From Thermoplasmata archaeon (lineage in GTDB: Archaea > Thermoplasmatota > SW-10-69-26 > JACQPN01 > JAJPHT01), in contig JAXDQU010000113.1 of NCBI GenBank assembly GCA_034667685.1, positions 1 to 19,530 of the forward strand: 19,530 nt of DNA, written 5' to 3'. A program made the position numbers and the translations under genes. Positions within the stretch are counted from its first letter, which is position 1. Each line of letters opens with the position of its first letter. Below the pieces are notes generated by a model. It searched no databases, was not told the origin of the DNA, and was given only the letters and a program-made list of their open reading frames with translations. Of the stretch, positions 11,011 through 17,802 are shown one piece after another.

Positions 11011-11104
11011 GGTCACGGGCGCGAGCGCACGCGCGCGGTTCGAGCGACGCACCAGGAAGAACATCGCAGCGAACCCCCGCGTGGCAGGCGTGGACCTCGC
11101 GGTC

Positions 11105-11467
11105 ATGGGCTCCGGCGAACCCTTGAACTGGCCGCTGCTCGGTGGCTTCCTCCTCGCGGCGGGCGTCTTCCTTTCGCTCGTCGCGCTCATCAACCGACGC
11201 CGCGCGGGGTCGCTCTTGTCGCCCAACGTCTCCGAGCCCTCGGGGTGGATCATCGCGCTCTGGTGGGTCGGTGGCGCCCTGCCGACGTTCGTGTTGGGCT
11301 CGATCCTCGTCGCCGTGTCCGGGATCCCGGCCGGCAGCCGCGGCTACGACGCTGCGATGGGCGCGGTCTGCGGCGCGACCTTCACCGCGCCGATCGTGCC
11401 GTACCATTTCTGGGTGACGCGTGGTGGCGGCGGACGACGCTCGGGACGCCGCCGGGCGCGCGCCTGA
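11105..11467 (+). CDS. Hypothetical membrane protein (about 3 TM)
   Basis: Hydrophobic segments PLLGGFLLAAGVFLSLVALI, WIIALWWVGGALPTFVLGSILVAV and AMGAVCGATFTAPIV. Start uncertain (GTG 11081 is possible). Confidence 0.55.
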   Translation: MGSGEPLNWPLLGGFLLAAGVFLSLVALINRRRAGSLLSPNVSEPSGWIIALWWVGGALPTFVLGSILVAVSGIPAGSRGYDAAMGAVCGATFTAPIVPYHFWVTRGGGGRRSGRRRARA

Positions 11468-11559
11468 CGCGAGCGCGCGAGCCGCTTCCAGCATCTTCTG
11501 CGCGTGCTTCTCCGGAAGAGGTTGCTCTCGTACACGGCGGCGATCTTGCCGTCCGTTCC
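11465..11559 (-). pseudogene. Frameshifted C-terminal remnant of a peroxiredoxin (BCP/AhpC-TSA-like)
   Basis: The minus strand reads GTDGKIAAVYESNLF and, after restoring one C, PEKHAQKMLEAARALA. This resembles the BCP-type C-terminus. No N-terminal CxxxxC region is present. Confidence 0.5.
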
Positions 11560-11659
11560 ATCGCGGGGGGTTTCACCCGCGAGAGGGGCCGGATTCTGGC
11601 ATAGCCTCAACGCGACCCAGCACGCTTATTCCCCCAGGACGCGGGTGACGTGACCGTCC

Positions 11660-11965
11660 ATGAAGCGGCTGCTCTGGTGGCTCCTCGCGGGTTCGCGGGG
11701 CGGCGTCAACCGGGCGCAGATCATCCGGACGCTCCACGAGCGCCCGTACAATGCGCACCAGCTCTCCGAGGCGCTCGGCCTCGACTACAAGACGGTGCGC
11801 CATCACCTGAAGATCCTCTCGGAGAACAACGTCGTCGTGGCGCAGGGCAAGGACAACTATGGCGCGATGTACTTCCTCTCGACCGCGATGGAGCAGGGCT
11901 ACGCGGACTTCCTCGACATCATGCGGCAGGTGAGCGGCGATGGCGATCGGCTTCCCCCGGCTTGA
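11660..11965 (+). CDS. ArsR-like winged-HTH transcriptional regulator (archaeal type)
   Basis: LLWWLLAGSRGGVNRAQII...RPYNAHQLSEALGLDYKTVRHHLKIL...YGAMYFLS. Confidence 0.9.
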   Translation: MKRLLWWLLAGSRGGVNRAQIIRTLHERPYNAHQLSEALGLDYKTVRHHLKILSENNVVVAQGKDNYGAMYFLSTAMEQGYADFLDIMRQVSGDGDRLPPA

Positions 11966-12215
11966 GCTGCTGCTGACGATCCTGAACTTCGGGCTGCTGC
12001 TCGCGCTGCTGCTCGTCTTCCTCAAGATGTGGCGCCAGACGAAGAGCGCGTTCTCGTTGGGTCTCTCGCTCTTCGCGGGCGTGCTGCTGCTGCGCGAGGT
12101 GCTCGCCCTCGTGCAGGCGCTCGACAGGGCGGGGCGCTTCCCATGGCTCACGCTCCTCGCGAACGCGGGCGAGGCCGTGGCGCTGCTGATCCTGCTCTAC
12201 AACGTGGCGCGCTAA
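11940..12215 (+). CDS. Small 3-TM membrane protein, partner of the wHTH
   Basis: Three hydrophobic segments, WRQTKSAFSLGLSLFAGVLL and EAVALLILLY; overlaps the wHTH 3' end. Confidence 0.8.
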   Translation: MAIGFPRLELLLTILNFGLLLALLLVFLKMWRQTKSAFSLGLSLFAGVLLLREVLALVQALDRAGRFPWLTLLANAGEAVALLILLYNVAR

Positions 12216-12298
12216 AGGGGGGTTTGGGGGCGCGGCCCCCAACGTCTGCCTCATTTCTGGACGCGACGTCAGGGGGCTGCGCCCCCTGAAACCCCCCT
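12216..12298. repeat. REP-doublet/REPIN-like inverted element with two internal hairpins
   Basis: Left unit AGGGGGGTTTGGGGGCGCGGCCCCCAACGTC; right unit (reverse complement) AGGGGGGTTTCAGGGGGCGCAGCCCCCTGACGTC. Confidence 0.75.
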
Positions 12299-12302
12299 CT
12301 TG

Positions 12303-12324
12303 CCGACGCGCTGCGGCGCGTCGG
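12303..12324. terminator. GC-rich hairpin between convergent genes
   Basis: CCGACGCGC-TGCG-GCGCGTCGG, a perfect 9-bp stem. No clear U-tract, so the function is uncertain. Confidence 0.4.
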
Positions 12325-12373
12325 AAACGGCGGGATGATTCACCCGCGGAAATGTTGCGAGACTGAGACTAGC

Positions 12374-12829
12374 CTACGGGTGCGGCAGGCCGACGACGAC
12401 CTCGTGGCCCAGCCCGAGGAAGCCCACGCCGTAGTCGCACCAGTCGACCTCGACGTAGGGCGGGGGCGGGAGCGGCTGCACGCCGAAGCAGGGCAGGACG
12501 GCCGTCGCCGCGGCCGCCGCGGGGCTGGCGTGGCCGGCCGTGATCGCGACGACCTCGTAGGCGGGGAAGCCGGCCGCGACGAGCGCGCTCTCCTGGCCCG
12601 CCGGGACGGAGGCGAGGAGCTGCGAGACGCCGCCGTCCTCGCCGTAGACCTGATAGCTGTCGGGCGCGACGGCGCCGGGCGTCCAGGCCACGAGCGTCTG
12701 GCCGTTCACGGCGATCGCGACGGAGGCGAGCGGCGTCGTCGGGTCGGGAGCGGGGAGCGCGGCGGCGGCGCCCACGATCGCGAGCAGGAGGAGGGGCAGG
12801 GAGGCGGCAGCGAGTCGGAGCATCGGCAC
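12374..12829 (-). CDS. Secreted hypothetical protein (possible Fn3-like beta domain plus a C-terminal Cys-Pro loop)
   Basis: Signal peptide LRLAAASLPLLLLAIVGAAAA; VAWTPG...DSYQVYG...YEVVAI; PCFGVQPLPPPPYVEVDWC. Start is GTG 12829 or ATG 12823. Confidence 0.75.
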   Translation of the reverse strand: MPMLRLAAASLPLLLLAIVGAAAALPAPDPTTPLASVAIAVNGQTLVAWTPGAVAPDSYQVYGEDGGVSQLLASVPAGQESALVAAGFPAYEVVAITAGHASPAAAAATAVLPCFGVQPLPPPPYVEVDWCDYGVGFLGLGHEVVVGLPHP

Positions 12830-12943
12830 GACATGGGCTTGCGGCGGATCATGCTTGCGCTCCGGATTTCACACGCCGCCTCGCCAACCGATGGCCGCCG
12901 CACAAGCGGACGCGACGATTCTTGTGAAGCCGCCCGGACGTGG

Positions 12944-12955
12944 CGAAGAGTAAAA
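12944..12955 (+). promoter_or_regulatory. Candidate BRE/TATA for 12979..14457
   Basis: CGAAGAG-TAAAA, with TAAAA 24-28 nt upstream of ATG 12979. Confidence 0.4.
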
Positions 12956-12978
12956 CCACTCCGGGCCATCCGGGCGGC

Positions 12979-14457
12979 ATGGGCATCCGAGGGTCGGCCT
13001 GCGCCGCGTGCGCGCTTGTTATCCTGCTGCTGGCGCCGAGCGCGGCGGCGGTGGGCATCGTGGGAAGCTTCTCCAGCGCGGAGCCGGTCGCGCTCCGGGC
13101 CGGGTCGGCGCATGCGACCCTCGAAGGCGCGGTGCTGCGCGACGCGAGCGGCCTCGCCGGCTTCTCCTTCCTGGCGGGCCAGGCGGACCTCTGCTGGTAC
13201 CAGGTCGCGCGCGAGCACGCGGCGCAGCAGTGGCTCGACCTCGCCCCTTCGTCGGGCTGCTCGCGCGAGACGGACGTGTCGATCTCGCTGGGCGCGTCGA
13301 GCCCCGCGGGATGGATCGGCCTCGCGGCGCGCGGCGGCGACGCGGCGCTCGCGGGCGGCGCCCCCTGGTCGCTCTCGCCCGGCGCCGGCGCGTTCCTCTC
13401 CGACGCGCCCCGGCCGCGCCAGCCCGACGCGCCCGACGACGTCCCCGCCTTCTCGCGCAACGTGCCCGGCCCGCTCGTCACGACCTCCTCCTCCGGCTCG
13501 CTCGACTACGAGGGCGGAGGCGCGCTGAAGATCATGGGGCTCGACGTCGTCGTGGCCTCCGCGCAGAACGTCACCGAGTACCGCACGGGGCGCCAGCTCG
13601 CGGGCGGCGCGATGCTGGGCGCCGAGCAGGACGCGTGGCTCGTCGTCGCGTTCGACGCGGGGACCGTGCGGCTGGTGAGCAACGGGCCCTCCTTCGCGCT
13701 CGCCGCGCGCGACGTCCGCGCCCCCTCCGCGTCGGGGCTGGACGCGCCCTCCGCGAACGGAACGCTCGTGGAGCGCGGCGTCACGTACGCGCTCGATCCC
13801 CGCGCGCCCGCGCAGCTGGAAGGCGTCTTCGCCGCGAGCCTCGCCCCCACGCCCGCGGGCGACGCGCTGCGCGTGGACGTGCAGGGCGACGCCTTGACGC
13901 TGGGGCCGCTGGCCGCTCTCGCGGCGGAGCCCACGCGTGGCGCGGCCATGCCCTGGCTCCTCGTCGTGGGAGGCGTCGCCATCGTGGGAGGCGCGGGCTT
14001 CCTCGCGCTGCGGCGGCGCGGACCCCTGGGCGCCCGGCGCGCAGCGCGAGACCTGGCGCGGCGCGGGCTCGCGTTCGCGGACCACGAGCAGTGGGACCTC
14101 GCGGCGACGTTCTACGAGCGGGCCGTCGCGCGCGAGCCGGCCTGCGCCGCCATCTGGCAGCTGGAGGCGGGCGTCGCGCGCTTCATGCAGACGCGCTACG
14201 CGGACGCGATGACGCTCTTCGAGCGCGCGGCCGAAGGGCTCCAGGACGGCGAGGCGGAGGTGTGGGCCGCCGACTGCGCGATCCGCCTGGGCCACGAGGA
14301 CCACGCGGAGACGCTGCTCCTGCGCGCGCTCGACCGGCCCCGGGTCCACGCCGACGTGCTCACGCTGATCACGCTGGAGGAGGAGTTCCGCGCGCTGCTC
14401 GATCGCGAGGCGGTCCGCGCCGCCATGGAGGCCGCGGCCGAACGGGTGCGCGCGTAG
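12979..14457 (+). CDS. Single-pass membrane protein: signal peptide, large extracellular domain, TM, cytoplasmic TPR-like helices
   Basis: Signal peptide ...ALVILLLAPSAAA; TM WLLVVGGVAIVGGAGFLAL followed by RRR; TPR-like patterns GLAFADHEQWDLAATFYERAV, GVARFMQTRYADAMTLFERA and AADCAIRLGHEDHAETLLLRAL. Confidence 0.8.
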   Translation: MGIRGSACAACALVILLLAPSAAAVGIVGSFSSAEPVALRAGSAHATLEGAVLRDASGLAGFSFLAGQADLCWYQVAREHAAQQWLDLAPSSGCSRETDVSISLGASSPAGWIGLAARGGDAALAGGAPWSLSPGAGAFLSDAPRPRQPDAPDDVPAFSRNVPGPLVTTSSSGSLDYEGGGALKIMGLDVVVASAQNVTEYRTGRQLAGGAMLGAEQDAWLVVAFDAGTVRLVSNGPSFALAARDVRAPSASGLDAPSANGTLVERGVTYALDPRAPAQLEGVFAASLAPTPAGDALRVDVQGDALTLGPLAALAAEPTRGAAMPWLLVVGGVAIVGGAGFLALRRRGPLGARRAARDLARRGLAFADHEQWDLAATFYERAVAREPACAAIWQLEAGVARFMQTRYADAMTLFERAAEGLQDGEAEVWAADCAIRLGHEDHAETLLLRALDRPRVHADVLTLITLEEEFRALLDREAVRAAMEAAAERVRA

Positions 14458-14468
14458 GTCGGTGACGC

Positions 14469-14786
14469 TTGGACGAGGACGATTCCGACGTGCCCATCCT
14501 GCTGCGCGCCAGAGCGCTCCAGGGGCTCGTCGCGCTGCGGGAGGCGCCGGCCGGCTGTCTGGGCGCGGGCGACTTCGCCCGGAAGCTGGGCTACACGATC
14601 CGCCACGGGGCCCGGCTGCGGCGTTACCTCGCGGCGCGCGGCCTTGTCACCGTCGAGGAAGGCTACGAGAGCAAGATCCCGTTCATCCGCCTGCGCCTGA
14701 CGGCGAGAGGACGCGCGGTGGCGGACCTGGCGGCCGCGATCCGCGACGCCGACGCGAGGGCGCGGCTCGGTCAGCGGACGCGGTAG
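14469..14786 (+). CDS. Putative winged-HTH (MarR-like) protein
   Basis: DFARKLGYTIRHGARLRRYLAARGLVTV...IRLRLTARGRAVA. TTG start 11 nt after the TPR gene. Confidence 0.65.
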   Translation: MDEDDSDVPILLRARALQGLVALREAPAGCLGAGDFARKLGYTIRHGARLRRYLAARGLVTVEEGYESKIPFIRLRLTARGRAVADLAAAIRDADARARLGQRTR

Positions 14787-15079
14787 ACCTCGTCGGACTC
14801 GTGGGCGGGCCCGTGGACCTCGATGGCGACGAGCTGGCCGGGACGCCCCTCCTCGCGCGCGACGTGGTCCACCTCCATCGACTCGACGACCTGCTCGAAG
14901 TCGTGGCCGCGGCCGCGGATCCGGATGCGGTCGCCCACGCGGAGCGAGCCGCCCAGGAGGTCGATCGACACGCTGCCGCTGCGCTTCCAGACGTGGCCGA
15001 CCACGCCGATTTTCACGAAATCGGCTTGGTCCTCGCTCGCTCCGCTCGCTGCGGCAATGCCGATCTTCTCCTCGGACAT
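14771..15079 (-). CDS. Translation elongation factor domain-II-like / U32 peptidase C-terminal-like beta-barrel protein
   Basis: KIGVVGHVWKRSG...LRVGDRIRIRG..HDFEQVVESMEVDH...GQLVAIEV...DEVYRV. Confidence 0.78.
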   Translation of the reverse strand: MSEEKIGIAAASGASEDQADFVKIGVVGHVWKRSGSVSIDLLGGSLRVGDRIRIRGRGHDFEQVVESMEVDHVAREEGRPGQLVAIEVHGPAHESDEVYRVR

Positions 15080-15122
15080 GAGGAGAGCTTCGCGGCCTCC
15101 GCATTTGGGCGTGTCGGTTGTC

Positions 15123-15878
15123 CTACGCGTCCTTCAGGAGCAGGAGGGCAGCCTCGCAGGCGTTCTGCAGGGAGAAGAGCGGCAGGTCGACCCGCGCGCG
15201 GGCGAACTCGTCGGCCTCCCCCTTCAGGCGGTGCAGCTCGGCCTTGGTCCGCGCCGCGTCCCACTCGGCGGAAAGGGCGCGCGCCATGATGCCGCGCAGG
15301 CGCTCGAACTTCACGTCCGCGAACCCCTCCGGGAGCGGGCTGTCGATGGTGGGCTGCTGGCGGTAGGGGCCCATCGGGTCCACGCCCTTCCGGCTGTAGC
15401 GGATCGCGGCGCGCGCGAGCCTCGCGGGATCGGGCCGGTCGCTCCCGACGCTGCCCGCCACGTAGAGCCCCGCGAGCGCGGTCGCGCCGTCGGCCTTGCA
15501 CGGCACGCCCGCGCGCAGCTCCTTGCGCCCCTCGTGCTCGACGACGAGCGGGCGCGCCAGCGCGAGCCCGGCGCGGTGCGCGACGACGAACCCGTCGCCG
15601 CTGGCCTTCCAGTCGCCGCCCGGGAAGAGGCCGGAAACGTTGCCCGTGGCGAGCACCACCACGGGCGCCTTGAGCGGCTCGACGCGCCCCTCGCGCGCCA
15701 CGAGCGCGCCGGCCACGTCGCCCGACTCGGAGAGGATGATATCAAGCACCATCTCGCCATGCTCCTTGTCGAGCAGGACGTAGGGCGCGTTCTCGGCGGG
15801 GTCGCGCGCAAGCTCCCGCGCCACCGCGCTGCCCGCGTAGCCCGTGCCCGCGACGATGACGCCGGTCTCGAGGACCAT
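15123..15878 (-). CDS. Miniature FAD-binding protein of the NadB/SdhA/FrdA superfamily (251 aa)
   Basis: VIVAGTGYAG (GxGxxG), VLDII...GDVAG, VVLATG, ASGDG..AHRAG, GAT..GLYVAG and helical LRGIM segment. Lacks QFHPT, the capping domain and HGANRL. Confidence 0.75.
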   Translation of the reverse strand: MVLETGVIVAGTGYAGSAVARELARDPAENAPYVLLDKEHGEMVLDIILSESGDVAGALVAREGRVEPLKAPVVVLATGNVSGLFPGGDWKASGDGFVVAHRAGLALARPLVVEHEGRKELRAGVPCKADGATALAGLYVAGSVGSDRPDPARLARAAIRYSRKGVDPMGPYRQQPTIDSPLPEGFADVKFERLRGIMARALSAEWDAARTKAELHRLKGEADEFARARVDLPLFSLQNACEAALLLLKDA

Positions 15879-15919
15879 CAAGGGACCGAAGCGGCGACCC
15901 GGGATGAAGGTTCGTCCTC

Positions 15920-16666
15920 CTACTCGGGAGCCTCGCGCCGCAGGGCAAAATGCCCGATGAGCGCGCCCGCGACCGCGCCGCCCACGGCGCACGCGACCAT
16001 GACCGCGAACCCGTCCTGGGCCAAGGTCCTCCCGAGCTCGTCGCCCGGCCCGAGGGTCGCGCCCGCGGTAAGCACCCAGGCCGCCGGGATCTTGACGCCG
16101 AGGAACGAGGGCCGGAAGAGGACGCCCAGGAGACCGCCCACCAGGAAGCCGGCGGCTCCGAGGGCAAGGGCCGGCGAGGATCGGCGGCTGGGCGTCGCGG
16201 GGCCGAGCATGCGCGCGCGGCGCGCGTACTCCTCCTCGCCGATCTCTCCTTTCGCGAAGCGCATCTTGAGCGCCTGCAGCGGGTCCTCCGGCCCTGGCGC
16301 AGGCGGCGGGGGGCGGGCGGCGGCCTCGCGCGCGCGGCGGGCCCGGCGTCGGGCCTCGGCGCGGCGCCACGCCTCCCGCGCCCGGCGCGCCACGCGGGCG
16401 AGGCTTGCGCCCATCGGCTCGGTGGGCTTGGGCTGGAGGAGCCCGACGACCGCGCCGAGGGCCGCGCCGAGGAGAAGCCCGGCGCTCGCCGCGAGCCGCG
16501 CGAGGAAGGCCCGTTGCGCGTCCGAGCCGGTGCCGTAGGCGTCGTGGCAACCATGGAGCGAAGCGTCCCGAGAGCACGCGAGCCGCGCGGGAAGCTGGGC
16601 GCCCACGACGAGGGCGGCGAGGGCCATGCAGCAAGCGAGGATGAGCAGCGGGACGCGGGCGCTCAT
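15920..16666 (-). CDS. Membrane protein with an internal SHOCT domain
   Basis: About four hydrophobic segments around EDPLQALKMRFAKGEIGEEEYARRARML. Start uncertain (ATG 16666 or up to 16699). Confidence 0.68.
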   Translation of the reverse strand: MSARVPLLILACCMALAALVVGAQLPARLACSRDASLHGCHDAYGTGSDAQRAFLARLAASAGLLLGAALGAVVGLLQPKPTEPMGASLARVARRAREAWRRAEARRRARRAREAAARPPPPAPGPEDPLQALKMRFAKGEIGEEEYARRARMLGPATPSRRSSPALALGAAGFLVGGLLGVLFRPSFLGVKIPAAWVLTAGATLGPGDELGRTLAQDGFAVMVACAVGGAVAGALIGHFALRREAPE

Positions 16667-16735
16667 GCGGGCTGTTATCGTCCCGGGGGGCAGCATCAAC
16701 CCCGAGGGAAGGTCCCGTGGGAACGAGGCCCCGGC

Positions 16736-17254
16736 TCACGGGCCTTGCAGGTGCGCTTCCAGGAAGTAGAGCGCCTTGTCCAGGTCGCGCGCGATCTGGG
16801 TGAGCAGGTCCGAGGTCGCGCGGTCGCCCGCCTCCTCGGCGCGGTCGATGCTCTCGCCGATGCGCTTGGCGTGGCGCGCGAAGCGGTCGGCGAGCGTCTC
16901 CACGAACGCGAGGTCGCGCGGCAGGTCCGTGGGGAACTCGGGGAGGCTGGAGCCCGCCGCGGCCATGCGCGTGGTGCCCAGCGCGGTGCCGCCCAGCGAG
17001 GTCGCGCGCTCGGCGATGAGGTCGACGTGCGCCTCGACGATCTCGGCGAGCTGGTCGAAGAGAAGGTGGAGCTGGAAGAAGTTGGGGCCCTTGACGTTCC
17101 AGTGCGCGTGCTTCGTCTGGCTGTAGAGGTCCGCCGCGTCGGCGAGCCGCTGGTTGAGCAGGACGACGACGCTGCGGCGCGTGTCCTCGTCGAGACCGTG
17201 GCGGGTCGGGTACATCCGGGCCTGGGCGGCGCTCGGGCTTGCGGTGGGCGTCAT
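16736..17254 (-). CDS. dps: DNA protection during starvation protein Dps
   Basis: LYSQTKHAHWNVKGPNFFQLHLLFD, DLIAER...LGG and DLDKALYFLEAHL. Confidence 0.95.
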   Translation of the reverse strand: MTPTASPSAAQARMYPTRHGLDEDTRRSVVVLLNQRLADAADLYSQTKHAHWNVKGPNFFQLHLLFDQLAEIVEAHVDLIAERATSLGGTALGTTRMAAAGSSLPEFPTDLPRDLAFVETLADRFARHAKRIGESIDRAEEAGDRATSDLLTQIARDLDKALYFLEAHLQGP

Positions 17255-17310
17255 CGGCCGCCCGATGCGCCTGGGGAGCAAAGCTCCGTCGGCTGCGAAG
17301 CGTTCGCCGC

Positions 17311-17535
17311 CTAGGGCGCGAGCTTGAGGCACTTCGTCTCGGCGACCTCGTTGCCGAAGACCCAGACCTGGTGGCCGGGCGCGAGCTCGTCGGGCGGGCA
17401 GTGCTCGGTGTAGACGTGCGCGCCCTCGGAGCAGCTCGGGATGACCATGTCGCACGTGCCCGCCGAGGCGGAATGCGGCAGGACGACGACCGCGAGCAGG
17501 AGCGCGGCGAGAAGGATCGGGCGCATCCGGCTCAT
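17311..17535 (-). CDS. Small secreted Cys-rich peptide C (74 aa, 4 Cys in the mature part)
   Basis: Signal peptide ...ILLAALLLAVVVLPHSASA; mature GTCDMVIPSC...HCPPDELAPGHQVWVFGNEVAETKCLKLAP; ATGA overlap with the upstream gene; paralog of 17803..18069. Confidence 0.8.
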   Translation of the reverse strand: MSRMRPILLAALLLAVVVLPHSASAGTCDMVIPSCSEGAHVYTEHCPPDELAPGHQVWVFGNEVAETKCLKLAP

Positions 17536-17741
17536 TCCTCGCAGAGGCTCTCGTAGTGCTTGTGGACGTGGACGGCGAGGTAGTCCCAGTCGACGTCGGC
17601 GTACTGCTGGTGGCCCACGCCGAAGCAGGTGCGGTCGCCCGCGTCGGCCTGCGGGGCCGGGGGTGTGGGGATGGCCGCAGCGGTCCCCGCCAGGAGCGGG
17701 ACGCTGACGAGCAGCGCGAGCAGGAGGATGCTGGTCTTCAT
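17532..17741 (-). CDS. Small secreted peptide B (69 aa, 2 Cys)
   Basis: Signal peptide MKTSILLLALLVSVPLLAGTAAA; mature part ...TCFGVGHQQYADVDWDYLAVHVHKHYESLCEE. Confidence 0.78.
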   Translation of the reverse strand: MKTSILLLALLVSVPLLAGTAAAIPTPPAPQADAGDRTCFGVGHQQYADVDWDYLAVHVHKHYESLCEE

Positions 17742-17795
17742 GCAGCGACGAGAAGAGGACGGCCGCGCTTGGATTCCCTAGGCGGCCGGTTGCCA
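17742..17795 (-). promoter_or_regulatory. Conserved 54-nt upstream block, copy 1
   Basis: 34/54 ungapped identity to 18070..18123; TGGCAACCG at -54 and CGCTGC immediately before the ATG. Confidence 0.65.
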
Positions 17796-17802
17796 AGCGC
17801 GC

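Noticed and set aside
12216-12373. Possible tRNA or other known structured RNA
   Set aside because: No cloverleaf, T-loop GTTCRA or CCA end is recognisable. The pairing is explained by the inverted REP-like units.
12830-12880. GCAAGCATGA upstream of 12374..12829 resembling GCAACCCATGA of the peptide promoter
   Set aside because: It lacks TGGCAACCG and needs an offset; too weak to count as a third copy.
15879-16739. Extension that would make the flavoprotein 538 aa, i.e. NadB-sized
   Set aside because: It is an alternative frame of the SHOCT membrane gene and lies upstream of the GxGxxG motif, so it cannot supply the missing internal domains.
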